Below, in pieces: positions 14,025 through 28,270 of a DNA stretch of 64,000 bases. Each line of letters begins with the position of its first letter. The first letter of the stretch is position 1. Source of the DNA: Parasitella parasitica NRRL 2501 (Eukaryota > Fungi > Mucoromycota); the NCBI GenBank assembly GCA_025201805.1, contig MU619278.1, positions 129,738-193,737 of the forward strand, in the 5' to 3' direction. Position numbers and translations under genes: made by a program. The notes beneath the pieces are model-generated. The model saw only the letters and a list, made by a program, of their open reading frames with translations. It was not told the DNA's origin and searched no databases.

Positions 14025-15363
14025 CGTATTAAAAGAAATGAAATTAAAAGAAAAGCAGAAAAAAGAAAGGAGAGGAAAGTGCCTGCACTCTCTATTTATC
14101 TCTTTTTTGTTTCCTCCAAGCCTTTTTTAAAACCTCATTTTCACATTTGAGTGTAACACTAAATGTTCTTTATTTTTAACCACACTATAGTAAGAAGTGG
14201 AAAAAAATAGCGCAGCCCTAATGCCGAGATTGCGCAAGAATAATCATCCTTTTTTCGTGAATCTGGATGTTACCCATTGTTGTGAGTTGTCCTTACTGTC
14301 GTTGTACTCTGGATTTTTTTTGTGAAATCACAGTATTTCATAGAAGGAGTATTATAGATTTGAGTCATAATTTGTCGCTTACAAAAATTATATTGTGAAC
14401 TTGTCTTGGTTTTCAAAATAACCCTGACTATTTTGATTAACAGAGTCAACCACGGGAAGGTGGAAGCTCATCTGACCCCCAAGCACCCTCCCCCACCCAG
14501 ATCTCCAACAAATAAATGTTCGGTGGTCCTCGTCACCTTTGCTAAAATAGAGTAGCTGTAGCAGACTATCTTCCTCATGCAGCTTGGACTGGTTGGCCAT
14601 AACTAGCGATTCTCTGAAGCTCTTTTTTTTTTTTTGCAAGGAACGTTCAAGACTATTTTACAAAACTAGCCTCTGATCTACCCAGTGATTATAGCGTACT
14701 ATGAAAAGAGCCTTTTAATTAGCTATCACCTTTTTATATCTAAAGCCTCCCATTGCCAGCTTATTTATTAAATAAAGATAGGGGGGATATACGTTCAGTT
14801 GTCGTAAAAGTATAAATTATGATTTTTGTTTAATTAGCAATATGTGCTCTCTTACTACATACAACTTTATTTATACAATCATGTCATTAAGTGTAACAAA
14901 TGTACAACAAAGAAAAGAGGTTTGAAACGTGATGTTATCCACCTTAGACTATGGAAGGATTTTAACAATGAGAATCTGATTCTTTATGATAGAAAACCAT
15001 ATTCTTTTTCCTTTTGTGTTCTTGTTGCCCTGATGATTTTTTTTTTAAAAAAAAGCTCAGATCGGATCCAAAAATCAATACAATACGGGGATTGAATACA
15101 CGGTATGATGATATTGCCATGGTTTGGCATTGATCTAGTAGCAAATACAAGCATATCATCATGATATCAGTCCTCGAGTAAATAACATCATGCAAATGTA
15201 TATCATATTACTCTTTGTAAGAGTCATTGACTGCAAGCAAGATGACAAAAGATCAAAAATTAAGGAGAGGATTAAAAAACGCATACAAGAAGCTGATTTC
15301 AGCTTTCATGCCAAATACGTGGCGTGGTTTGGCCAAATACTGTATTCCTTTTATTAGATGTAT

Positions 15364-17278
15364 CTACTTTTTCTTTTTGCTACTAGTCTTGATTTTTCTC
15401 TTCTTTTCCGCCTTGGGGAGTTTATGCTTTCTACGTTCTCTAGCTTCTTCTTTGGTTTTCTGTTTTCTTTCCTTCTTGTCATCTTTGTCCTCATTCTTTT
15501 TGCCTCTTGGAGGTCTGGATCTCCTCTCTCCATCATCATCTTCAGAATCGTCTTCAGAGTCTTCCTCAGATGAATCGCTTTTATCGTGTTCTTTTTCTTC
15601 TTCTGTTGCTGCTGCTTCAGCCTCAAATATATCATCATCTTCGTCATCATGTATGTCTAGCTGCTGTATAGACTTTGTTACACCAGTGCCAAGTAAATCG
15701 GCATAAACAAGACTTTCTCCTCCGCCTTGCTCTACTATCAATGTATCTCTATCAATATCAATGACTTCCTCCAATGTGCTAGGTATATACGATTTCATGA
15801 AAATCTCGTCCTCCGCCTTGTTGATTGAGAGACTCGGGTTCGTCTTCATTTCCTCTTGAATCTGGCATGCATGACAATGAGTAACCCATACCCACATACA
15901 TGACACAATCATACATACCTTTTCCAAGCGAGCATCGACTTGTTCTTCCTCATTACCAAATGTAGCATCAGTGACAAACTTGAAAAGCTCCATATAACTC
16001 ATCACTTGCACTCCCTTTTTGGAAAAGTAATCTGTAACATTAGAAATGTCCTTTCTTAAGAATTCGGATGCGTGAGGGTGGTCATGCTCCACAGATTGAG
16101 ACACATCGATAATGTAAAGCTTTCGGGAATGGTACAAAATGTTATATTCGCTCAAATCAGCATGCACCAGTTTGCAGACTTGATACATGGTGCGCACGTT
16201 TTTCACAAGCTGATAGTACAAGGCTGGATATTTTGAATCCTCAATTTGAGCGTCCTTTAGGCGAGGATAAGCCCATCCATTTTTGTCGCCCAAAAATTCC
16301 ATCACCAGAACATGCATTCTCAACACCAGTGCGTTGGGTGAAGGGATACCTGCCTGTTGAAGACGTCGCAAATTACGCATCTCCTTTTCTGCCCATACTT
16401 TGACCATTTTTCTAGGGTTAGATTTGGAATAACCATGTCTAAAACGGAACTCGCCCGTAACGTATCTGTCACGATCCTTGAATGTCAGAATGGATGTTTT
16501 GTATACTTTAATGGCTTTGTGTTGGCCATCTTCTGTCATAGCATGGTATACATTAGCTTCTTTTCCGGTACTGATGCAACCATTGATCTCGTAGAAAATG
16601 CCTCTATTCAGCATTTTGAAGAGAATAATACGAGTACGAGGGTCCAGCACTTGCTCTACAGTCGCACGATCCGCTTTATCCTTTTGTACAGTCCTAAATT
16701 TTTAACAAGCATTAATGATTCTACTACAGTGCTGGCAGTATCCAGACTTACTTGTCTCCACTGGCCTTCTTGGAACTCAATTTAATATCGCTTGCAACGG
16801 AAGATGTGATTTTTGATGGGTTGTAGTCTTCTCCAATATGAATCCTACTAGCAAAATGACCCAAACTGTCGATTTGGCTATCCAACATTTGTTTTTTATC
16901 CCGAGTGATTACTTGACCATCGGCTGCAGGAGCTGCTCCAGGTTTACGAATAGGTGCTGGTGCTAGTTTTTTGTTGACTGCAGGTGCTGGCTTGTCAGCA
17001 GACGCAGATGGTGCAATTTGTTGACGAAGCTTGTTGTATTGTTTGGTGAAGTCTAATTATAACTAGTAAATACCATTGATACTGAAAGCTCTATTTCCAC
17101 TAATATCTTAGTTACCGCCGGTAGCATTATCCCACATGTCTGTATCATTGAGTTCATCGTCGAGATAATCATCATAATCATCGTAATCATCAAATTCCTC
17201 CACTGCTAATTCTTCATCTACGAGACTCTCAATAGGTAATTCTTGAGTAGTTTCCAACTCTTTCAAGTCTACTGACAT
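15364..17278 (-). CDS. RIO1: RIO1 atypical protein kinase
   Basis: [39 protein letters not shown] and [12 protein letters not shown] motifs; acidic/Lys-rich tail; ATG at 17278; introns include 15862-15918. Confidence 0.96.
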
Positions 17279-18703
17279 GATTTTAATTGTTTAAATTGTG
17301 TGAAGAAGGTGAACATTGCTAAAAAAAATCCAAAAAAATATTTTGACATGAAAGATGTTCCATAAGCCACCTCCAAAAATAAAAAATTGGTATGTTGACA
17401 AGCGCAGTAAAAGCTCATCTTTCAATGGCAAAAGCTTCCTCAATGCCTGCAACAGTGTATAGACGAATTCATGTATTCATGTGCTACTAACAACTCTTTG
17501 ACTTGAGCCTATAATAGTCTGAATCTATCATTTAAGGTATTCCAGAACTCGTTTATTCGTGATTTTTATATATCTCTGAAGCGGAAAAGTACTCTCAATT
17601 ATGACCCTTGATCCATAGAAGCCTTCTGAAGTAATTTCAGCATTTTTCTCGATCAAAAAAATTTCATTGATTTTTAGAGATTTTTCCCTTGATATCATAA
17701 GGCTTTTTTTGTCGATTTCACAAGATCCGATTTTACACCCCAAAAACTGAATATTTTTAAAAGATATACATTAATGAAAAGTGCTTCAAAATTTCTAATC
17801 TATTACATCAAAGACTCTTTTTTGCTGTTACTTAACCAGAATTTTGAGTTATGCTCAATAAAATGATTTTTTGATTTTTTCGATTTAATCGACGTTTTCA
17901 GTATAAATTTGTTATAAATTTTACACCATTCGATAGAGCGTCAAAAATAATTATCAAGTCTATTAATTTATATTGCACATTGTATTACTACACTTTCGAG
18001 TATTCATGAGAAATAGGACAATTTTTTTTTTTTTTAAAAAAAAACTTTCAAATCAAACAGAAGTTTATTCAAGATCGATATTCGGAGTTTCAATCTTTAT
18101 TGAAGAAGATGCTCAAATAGGTTGTATACATTCATTAGAATATTTTCATTTGTACATTAGAGTAATTGATAGATGCTAAATACAAGTAAACAGGCTCTGC
18201 ATATCTCAAGTAAGCTATTGAGGTTTTTTTAGCCATTTTTTGTTTTTAATAGCAGAAATATTCTATTTTGTTGCACTCTCCTAAAGGGTGATGCTCTTAA
18301 ATACGTAAAAAATGTTTGTTGATGTTGTAATTGATGATTTTGATAACACACTTTGATTAAACCAACAATAGATCAAATCTTACTATCACCTGATTGAGTT
18401 CAAGTAGTTGTATATTACGTTTTCTTTGACAGATGAGCTCAAAAAATTGGAACACTCATCGAACCTTTTAGCCCATTGGCAGATGCTTCCTATTATATTG
18501 ACTGGAAAATCCAGTATGATTTAGCCATTATTGAGATGCATTTAACGGATACTCTATGATGAAGCGTGATATTAATATGTCCAGTGACGAGATTTCATTG
18601 CATTCCATCTGGAGGGATCTCGATCCAACTATCGCGCTACAGAAACCAGTCCTATTTCAAAGGAATAAGCAAGCTTTGCGTCCTATTCTTTGCTCTTCAT
18701 ATC

Positions 18704-19234
18704 ATGACATCTAAGGCAACACAGGAATACAGATCCTCTTTCATCACACTTATATCACAGCTCTCTGAAATAGAGCAAAAGGGACAAGAATTCTTTGATA
18801 AAATGTATATACAATGAAAGCATATGGTATAATTCCGGTATTAAATGCTTTCCAAACAAAATGTTAGTGAAAAATCTGTATTTACACCATATGATCCAGC
18901 AGAAGCAAAAGGTCAGTATGCTCTATGCATATACACATAGTTCGTGAAATGTTGACATGTATAATTGCTAGCGGATTACAATCATTTGATAAACACACTT
19001 GAAGCGCTAGAAACACATGCTAGAAGCTGTGGTTTATTGAGCATATCAGGACATGCAGATGCGCAAAATACAAGAAATTTAGCGACACGCAATGCAGAAA
19101 CATTACAGGCAGTGGATACGTTCTTTCAGGAAAAGAATCGTTTATTAATGAATATTAGAGCAGCTGTGAATGCGTCCTCAGTTGTGGGAACATCATCTAA
19201 TGCTACAATCACTACCACTAATATTACCAAATAA
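18704..19234 (+). CDS. Small alpha-helical hypothetical protein (~135 aa), 3 exons
   Basis: ATG at 18704; two phase-compatible GT-AG introns join MTSKATQEY...FFDKI / EKSVFTPYDPAEAK / ADYNHLINTLEAL... Confidence 0.7.
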
Positions 19235-19424
19235 AGATCTCTCTATCTCTTTTTCTACCTACGTACTGTAGAGCCAAATACACGATCTTTTTACACCTTG
19301 TTTATGCGGAAAAGAAAATTTTATCCAATGATATAATGACACCTAGATCTTTTTTAAAAAAGCTATGATGGCTGTGTAAAGAGGCAACCGTCTCTCTTCT
19401 ATCTCTTTCTTTTTCAAGAAAAAC

Positions 19425-21836
19425 ATGAGACTGAATTGCATTTTATTGCTGCTCACTAGTCTGCTGGTGTTTGTAGCGGCACCTGTGTTGGCGGATCAAA
19501 ATCAGCAGAAACCTATCAATGCTGTTGCATCAAGTCAACAGCAAGAGGGAAAGCCGGTCGGTACAGACCCCTTGGCTGGCTTGCCAAACGACATCCCGGA
19601 AGACGAACTTGCTTCTTTGGAAAAGGAAAAATTCACGTTTCAGGTACAGCATTCAAGGAAGCTCAATTTTCGCATACATGGTTCTGATAGCTGTAAATGT
19701 ATCTAGACTGAAGTTTCTCGTTTAATGCATCTCATTATCAACTCACTCTACAAAACGCGTGAAATCTTTTTAAGAGAATTGATTTCCAATGCGTCTGATG
19801 CTTTGGACAAGATCCGATTTCTCTCTCTGACAGACCCTGAGGCTATTGCAGCTAATCCCGGCCTCGAAATTACCATTGCTGCTGATCCCGACAAAAAAAC
19901 ATTGGTCATTACTGACACTGGCATTGGCATGACTCGCCAACAGCTCAAGGACAACTTGGGCACAATTGCAAAATCGGGCACATCTGAATTTCTGGCCAAA
20001 ATGGAAAGCGGCAACAGCGATATCACTCAGATTGGGCAATTTGGCGTTGGTTTTTATTCCGTGTTTTTGGTTGCTGATAAAGTTACTGTTGCGTCTAAAT
20101 CAAACGACGACCCAGACCAATACATTTGGATGAGCACTGCTGTCGATGATTTCACTATTGCCAAGGATCCTCGTGGAAATACCTTGAAACGTGGTACTCA
20201 GATCACTCTTTACCTGAAGCCTGATGCTTACCGTTTCTTGCAAGAAAAGAATTTGAAGGAGCTGGTGCACAAGTATTCTCAATTTATCACCTTTCCCATC
20301 ATGGTTTGGAGTGGGCAAGAAGAGGAAGTTCCAGTCGAAGAACAGGATACCTTACTAAACAGCGATTTGATAGAAGAAAGCATGGACGACGACAACAAGA
20401 ATGACAAGAAGAAAACCGAAAAGCGCATGGTATATGGGTGGCATCATGTTAATGTTCAAAAGCCTATTTGGATGAGGGACCCTAAGGATATTACTGACAA
20501 AGACCACAAAGAGTTCTTCAAATCATTGACTCGCGAGCCTACTGATCCTTTGGCATGGACTCATTTCAAAGGCGAAGGAGAAATCGAATTCAGAACGCTG
20601 CTATACGTACCTTCTGTTGTCAACGACGTCTTTTATCAGAACGTTCAAAAAGACGAATCCAACCATCCCATCAAACTATTTGTCAAGCGTGTGTTTATCA
20701 GTGACGAAGTTGATTTACTGCCCAAATGGCTTTCGTTCCTCAAGGGTATCGTGGATGCGGATGATATGCCCCTCAACGTTTCTCGTGAAACATTGCAAAA
20801 ACATCGTAGTCTTCGTATTATCACTCGTCATTTGGTCAAAAAGGCACTAGACATGTTTACTAGTCTCAGCGAAAGTGACCCCAAGGCATTTGCTAAATTT
20901 TTGGGCCAATATAGCACTATTTTGAAGTACGGAGCCATCGAAGATCAGCCTTATCGCAAGAAAATCACTAGCCTTTTACGATTTGCTACCTCATCCAATA
21001 CTGAGCCGTTTAGCAGCAGTTTGGATGACTATATTGATCGTGCCAAGGCAGATCAGAAGAGTATTTACTTTATGACTGGTAGCAACAATGCCGAAATTGA
21101 GCAATCACCATTTATTGAAAGCTTGCTTGCCCGTGGCTACGAAATCATGTACTTTACTGATCCCATCGATGAATCCTTTGTTGATAAAATCCCTGGTTAC
21201 AATGGCAAGCAATTTGTTAACATTGCCAAAGGCGATTTGACATTCGGAGACGACGAGGTGGAAGCAGACCGCGATTTGGAGGTTAAGTTTAGACCTCTGA
21301 CTGACTGGTTAGTGGACACGCTACACGAGAGCGTTGAAAAGGCGGTTATTTCTCGACGCTTGACAACTTCACCATTCGCTATTGTAGCCCCCAAATCAGG
21401 ACTTAGTGGCCATGCTCAACGTGTTTTGGATGCCCAAGGCGCGAATCACAAAAATCCCAACATGGAATATATTTTGCAAAGCATGCGAATGCAAAAGAAG
21501 ATTTTAGAAATAAATCCCAACCACCCTGTGATCTCAACTTTGTTGGACTATGTGAAGGAGGACAATATCACCGAAGAAATGATCAACCTGATCCAGTTGA
21601 TGTACGAAACGACTGCAATCCGAAGCGGTTTCCCTTTGAAAGACATGACGCAGTTTGCCGGTCGTGTAGAAGGTTTGATCCGCAAAGCAGTTGGCGTTTC
21701 CATCTTGGAAGAAGCCAAGATTAAGGTTAAAAAGGCAAATGAGAAAACTGAACAGGAACGAGAAGCGGATCAACAGCTGAAAAAGACTAATATTGTCTAT
21801 GAAGACGAAAACGATGTTGATCATGACGAACTATAA
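19425..21836 (+). CDS. HSP90B1: ER Hsp90 (GRP94/endoplasmin)
   Basis: Signal peptide; FLRELISNASDALDKIRF, IGQFGVGFYS and PLNVSRETLQ motifs; C-terminal HDEL; intron ~19644-19707. Confidence 0.95.
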
Positions 21837-22162
21837 AATTTATAAATAAATAAAAGTGGGCTTGGCAAAATAGTTACATAAAATGGCTTGCATGCCCCAC
21901 TATTGATCTTTAGGCGAAAAGCAAAGTATACACTAAGACCAGATATAAAAGCCGTTGTCATGGCAAATATGATCTAGATTCTTGCATTTGCGAGTAATTG
22001 AACTTTCTTTAATTTTGTGCAAATTGCAATAAAATTCACTTTTTTTAGTTTATTTTGGTACCTTCCATATTTAGCCACCAAGAAATATATACAAAAAGCC
22101 AAGGTTAATTAGTTTGTCCTCTTTTCTTTCTTTCTTTTTCGTCTTCCCCTTGATTGTAGAAT

Positions 22163-23076
22163 ATGCCACCTGTCGACTACACAAGCTACGAGAATTACCT
22201 GGTGGCACGGCAAGCCGTAGCAGAAGCAACCACGAATAGACTCACACCGACAGAGGATCAAAAGATCATTCTGATTATTATTGGTGTGTATACGGCTGCC
22301 ATTTTGATTTTATGGAACATGCCTATAGCAAAAATCATTTTATCGCCATTTAAGGTACAGATCCGTCTTCTATATTCGCATTGCATGTACTAAGTCTGCT
22401 TTAGCTATTGACTGTTGGCTTACATGAGTTTTCACATGCATTTGTGGGCTGTCTTACTTGCGCCAAAATTGAATCTATCGAAATCGATCCAGACGAGGGT
22501 GGTGTTACTAGAATGGTAAAGTATATATTGAGACGATCCACGTTTGACATGGTAAATTGATTGAAATTTTAGCGAGGCGGTATCCCAATGTGTACCTTGC
22601 CAGCTGGCTATCTGGGTTCCTCATTGATTGGTGCTATTTTGGTAATGTGTGGATTTAACATAATGGCATCCAAAATTGCAAGCATCTTTTTGGGCGTATG
22701 TCTGTTATTCACGCTATGGTGGGCCAAGAACTGGCTGACTAGAGGCATTGGACTTTTATTTATTGGCGTCATGATCTTTTTATGGTGGTTGGCGCATGGC
22801 GTAGGCCTTCGATATTTTGTGTTGTTTGTGGGTGTTATGTCATGTCTCTACTGCCTTTGGGATATCTTGGATGATTTGGTATTCCGGAAAGTTCACGAGT
22901 CGGATGCTTCAAAATTTGCGCAAGTGTGTGGGCATTGTATGTCCAGTCGAGTATGGGGTGTGTTCTGGTTCATTATCAGTCTGGTCTTTTTTATTGTAGG
23001 TATCCTTATTGGTTTGGCTGCTTTCAAAGAAGATCAACAGACTCAACAGCAACAGGCACAAGGGTTTGGCTGGTAA
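22163..23076 (+). CDS. Peptidase M50B-like membrane protein, 3 exons
   Basis: The middle exon encodes LHEFSHA (HExxH); PAGYLGSS and SDASKFA motifs; multiple TM helices. Confidence 0.88.
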
Positions 23077-23487
23077 AATTCGATTATTTGCGGCTTAATT
23101 ATTGTATATACCCCCCTCGCATTTCTACGGATTATGAATGAAATAATAAACATTGTTTTGTAAATAAGCATTTGCTATAGAACGACAATTCTTTGTCAAT
23201 GGATCAGCAAAAGGACTAGATTCATTATTATCAAGGGATTTTTGAGGAGTGCCACCTATACTGTATCAATAGGTAGTAACAGCGAGGCAGTCGAGGAAAT
23301 TTACGAATTACCAACAATCTTTTAATAATAATAAACAAAAATGCCTATTAGAAAACGAATTATACAATATTAAATGTGGTTTTCAAAGCTTTGACTACAG
23401 TAAATTTATGAAATTGATCTGTGTTTGTATATTCAGGTTGTTTGACATCTCAACACCATTAAAAAATCGGGAAAATCTATGGTCTAA

Positions 23488-23535
23488 AACAACAACAACA
23501 ATAACTACTACTACTTCTACTACTACTATTACTAT

Positions 23536-23585
<50 letters not shown>

Positions 23586-23605
23586 TTACTACTACTACTA
23601 CTACT
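23488..23605. repeat. Compound trinucleotide microsatellite, (AAC)n then imperfect (ACT)n
   Basis: Directly visible ~118 bp tract. Confidence 0.97.
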
Positions 23606-23985
23606 CTTAATGTTCAAGCTGTAACCGAGTAAAAGCACCTTGCAAGGGAAGGGAACTCAGTTGGGCCGCAGATGATTTTTCTCCAAAGATCAGCCATCTA
23701 TACATGCCAAATTTTGCCCGATGATTGAGGTATTTAAATGCAATGATCACGTCAAATTCTCTCACGTATACCCTACACTCTTACTAGTTTTGTTGCTCAC
23801 TTTTACCAGAAGACCTTGATGGATGTCTAATCGCATTGGAATGATGACGTAGGGTTTGTATCAGGGGGCGGACAGCAAAGTGAAAGGTCCTGGCATAGAA
23901 AGACAAAGGCCAGAAGAAGTCTTGGACATTGTATTTATTTATTGTTTCCTCCCCACTCTAAATTATTTCTATTTATCAACTAAAA

Positions 23986-25634
23986 ATGGCTTCAAGGTTC
24001 CTTTCTAATACCCTTCAGGCTAATGTTAGCTTGACAAAGCAGGTAAGCATCATTCAAATGACATCCGAGTTGTGGTGCACAACCCTGTTATTTACCTTGT
24101 AAACAAACATTAGTTTGTTCGTCCTTTGGCTACCGCTGCCAAGCAAACCTCAGCGACCCGTATCACTAACTTGCCCAACGGCTTTACTGTCGCAACTGAA
24201 GAAAACACCTCTTCTGGTGCTGCCACCGTTGGTATTTGGATTGATGCCGGCTCTCGCAATGAGTCTGCAAAGACTAGTGGCGCTGCCAACCTCTTGGAAC
24301 ATGTTGCCCTTCAGGTAATTTATTCAATTCATTTTTATGCTACAGAAGAGACTGTCAGAAGCAGAGGGGGGGGGGAGATGTGTGTTATGAGGGGGGTGTT
24401 TTTGGCATATAGCAAGATGTTAAGACGATGCAACGTCATGTAATAACGATTCCTTGTATCAATAGGGCCAAGCTGCCAAATTTGACAAAATTGGGGGTGT
24501 TCTCACTGCCCAAACTGGCCGTGAAGTTACCTCTTTCTCTGCCAGAACCTTGGGAGCTAATGTCAAGGAATCCGTTGATATTCTTGCTGATCTCATCCAA
24601 AACACCAACATTGACGCCGCTTCTATTGACAAGCAACGCCAAGCTGTTTACAAGCAACAACTTGCTGCCGAGACCAACTATGAGGCTGTTGTTTTCGACC
24701 ATTTGCATGCTACTGCTTTCCAAGGTGAAGGTTTAGGTCGCCCTGTTGCTGGTGTCAAGGAAACCGTTGAGCAATTGACTGCCGAAGATTTGGTTGCCTA
24801 CCAAAAGCAGAACTATGGTGCCAACCGCATGGTCCTCGTTGGATCCGGCGATGTAGACCATGATGCTCTTGTTCGTCTCGCCGAGGAAAAGTTCAGTGGT
24901 TTGCAAACTGCTGCCCCCATCGCCCAAAAGAAGACTACCTTCACTGGTTCCGAAATCCGTCTTCGTGATGATACTTTACCTCAAGCTCGTATTGCTCTTG
25001 CTGTTGAGGGTGCTCCTTATCTTTCTGAAGACTACTTCAACTTGCTCGTTATGCAAGCTGTCATTGGTTCATGGGACAAGAGTTTAGGTGCTGCTGCCAA
25101 CCTTTCTTCTAGATTGTCAACCATTGTTAACAACAACCATCTTGCCAACTCTTTCACTGCATTCACCAAAGGTTATAAAGATACTGGTTTGTGGGGTATG
25201 TACGTTGTTACGGAGAACAAGGATCAAATCGATGATTTCGTTCACTTTACCCAGAAAGAATGGGCTCGTCTTTCTACAACTGTCACTGCCTCTGAAGTTG
25301 AACGTGCAAAGCAACAAGTTAGAGCAAGTTTGTTGTTGAGCCTTGACAATACCAATGCTGTTGCTCAAGATATTGGTTCTCAAGTTCTTGCTTCTGGCAA
25401 GCGATTGACTCCTGAAGAATTGAAGGATTTTATCAACAAGGTTTCTGCCAATTCTGTTCACAAGACTGCCAAGCAATACATTTGGGATCAAGAACTTGCT
25501 GTTGTTGGTCAAGGTCCTATTGAATGTTTGACTGATTACCTTAGAGTTCGCGGTTTCATGGCTTACAACAGGTAAATTTGACGCTTGAACACTGGTATAC
25601 ACTTGCTAACTATTTTTCATCGCATAGATTCTAA
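23986..25634 (+). CDS. QCR1: Cytochrome bc1 core protein 1 / MPP-beta homolog (M16B), probably non-catalytic, 4 exons
   Basis: Mitochondrial presequence; WIDAGSRNE, FTGSEIRLRDD and YKDTGLWG motifs. HxxEH appears as NLLEH. The last micro-exon supplies the end of R, then F-stop at 25628-25634. Confidence 0.85.
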
Positions 25635-25777
25635 CTTATATATTTCACCTCTAATGATAAAAAAACAGACAATAAACTTTCGCTTTCTCCTTTTGACATG
25701 TAATAAAAAAAATTCAAAACTTTCAAATTAGTGAACCATAATCCTTTTGTTTCCATAGCGGTTGCAGAGACAAGCAT

Positions 25778-27160
25778 TTATTTACTGTTCAATTTAAGAG
25801 AGCCACAATATTGTCTAAGGTAAGGAGAAGCGAGCAAAAAGCTATTCAAGATAGGGCCAAGAGGAGTGAAGCTTTGTAATTTGAATAACCCCCACGGAGC
25901 AAAGCTATTGATAAACCAAGGAAACGTAATAAATGAAGTGTAAATCACGTAGAAATGTCTAGCAAATCTTGTAATTGGAGATTTGACGATTGAGTCAGGT
26001 AGCATTGGCACCAAGAAAATTGCCATTGCCTTTTCTATCACCACCAGTACACCATGAAGAACAAAAAAAGACATTTCCTGCCCCATATACCTTCCCGTGT
26101 AGAGTGTCCATCCAGCATTACACATAACAATATACTCGTGAGTGATGCCCGATGCAGCAAACACAGTCAAAGTAGCTAGAGCTATAGCTAAAGGCTTGTA
26201 TTTCGGATCCTTCCCAGTCAACTGACGGATTGAATGGTACACTGGTTTGAAGGCACTGTTAACCCAAGCAACACGAAAGATACGATGCCAGCGATGAGAC
26301 CAAAGATCCTCTAGAGAAATGCTTAAAAACGGATAATCCATCAAGTTTCTCCATTCATCTAAAATATAAACAAAAGTGGCCTGAATCGTCATGGACGTCA
26401 GAGTATATAGTTGGAACTTACCTGATCTATAAGAGCCATGTCCAACCACAATACAATGAATTAACTGAATGATTGAACCTGTCATATTGAATAATGCCAA
26501 AAGAAAAGTAATGCCAACAACAAAGAAAATAAATGCCTGCCAGGGATGGTTTTTCTGGATATTCAAGAGATCTTGCGAGGTAAAAGTCCTTAAATAAGAT
26601 ACGCAAATATCGTTTACTAATGAATTCAGTATGATGGACGGAAAAAGATGGTAAAATCTCTATACACGGTTTAGTCATTGTTATGCGGTGCTACTCAATA
26701 ATACCTTGTTCATGACGTTTGTTCGGTTTCTCTTATTTTCCTTGACTTTCTTGTCGCATCTAATGCTTGACCATAGCTCTTTATTTAAGGTAGATGGAGA
26801 TATATATGCATCCTTTTTGTATAACAATGGGTGAATCCAAAAGGTATCCCAATGCCTTTGAAATGCTGAAAAAGGCAGCGCTTGACAAAGCACACAAAAC
26901 ATATCTTTAAACCAAGTTAGTACTATAAAAGGCAAACTAATTGAATTATTACCATCGTTTTTGTCTCTGTAAAGACAAGGCATAGCTACTAAACATATCA
27001 TCAAGGGAAGCGAAATCAGCTGTTTTATCCTTGTCTGCAGAATATGTGGAGGTATAGCTGCCAAAATATACAAAGCTAGCATTGGTCCCAATGTGTAAAA
27101 AGCATACCGGCCTGTTGGTAACACTGTTCTTGCTTTACCAACAGCTTCATATTCGTTCAT
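25778..27160 (-). CDS. MBOAT family (MBOAT_2/wax-synthase-like) O-acyltransferase
   Basis: PFLSISLEDLWSHRWHRIFR, ASGITHEY and FFVLHG motifs; TM-rich; several introns. Confidence 0.85.
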
Positions 27161-28270
27161 TATGAAATTTTGTTAGAAGGAAGAAAAGGATGTACTTTTC
27201 TCGGAGCGAGGTTTGAATAAGACACTAATAGTGTATTTCTATACGTACAAAAAAACTGCATGAAAATTTCTCATCGTTTTTTACTGGGGTGATTTAGGGA
27301 GCAATATTTATAACTACCCAACAACGATTATTGATACTTTAAATAGTAGGATCAATAATGCATTTGCATTCTGTTTCGACAAATATATTTCGGCATGAAT
27401 CATGAAGATCTCTCACCTTTGCAGGTTGTAAGCATATGACCGCGTTTCATTTGAGTCTCTCACTGTACGGGCTGTTTCTTTTTTGCCGCTACGCTTCTTG
27501 GGGTACGACTTTTTTTATACCTGGGAGGATAACAATGGCATTATTTAAACTTCATGATTATTGATTTTTACTTGCTTTACATTGAAAGGCTTATTGGTCT
27601 TTTTTGATAGACTATCAACAACTGAACTGCAAAATGCAATAATAAATCCAGGTTTCGATTAGCAATCTTATTTTTATTGTTTTATAAACCTTGTAGTATT
27701 TGATGAAAATGAAAAGCGTAATATACTTGTCCCAAGCCCTTCAGTTTAAAATAAAACTCTCTAACAGTGTACATTGAGATCATTAGGCAAGTTTCTTTTC
27801 CGTTTCGTAACATGTTGGTACTACAGCTTTGGATAGCTTTAAGCAATGCAAGAAACTGTTCATTGTACAAGTGTATAAATGAAAATATCAGTAGATGCCG
27901 GTATACCAGTATTATTAGCTGTGCTTGCTAAGGTAAATTAGGGTACCACTCTGTATGGTTGCATTCCCGGATTTCTTTGTGATCAAGAACTGGGTCAATT
28001 TTTCCATCCCTAAACACTAATTATCAGTTTCTAAAAACTTTGTCTGTCGATCCGCACCGTCTTTGATTTAAAATCACACTAAAATTTACCCTGCAACTCA
28101 AAGTTTGTTAGTGACAACAGATGTCGATTATCCTTATCGTTCCTATCACATGTCCTTCCTTCTCTACATACATGATCGTTTATTGCAAAAAAGCAAATTA
28201 TAAATATAGCACAATCGCTACAGAGTGCTCAAACAAATAAATACATCAATATACTATTCGGTTGTAAATT

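Noticed and set aside
23408-23632. Poly-Thr ORF
   Set aside because: It is simply the translation of the (ACT)n microsatellite; no signal peptide or splice support.
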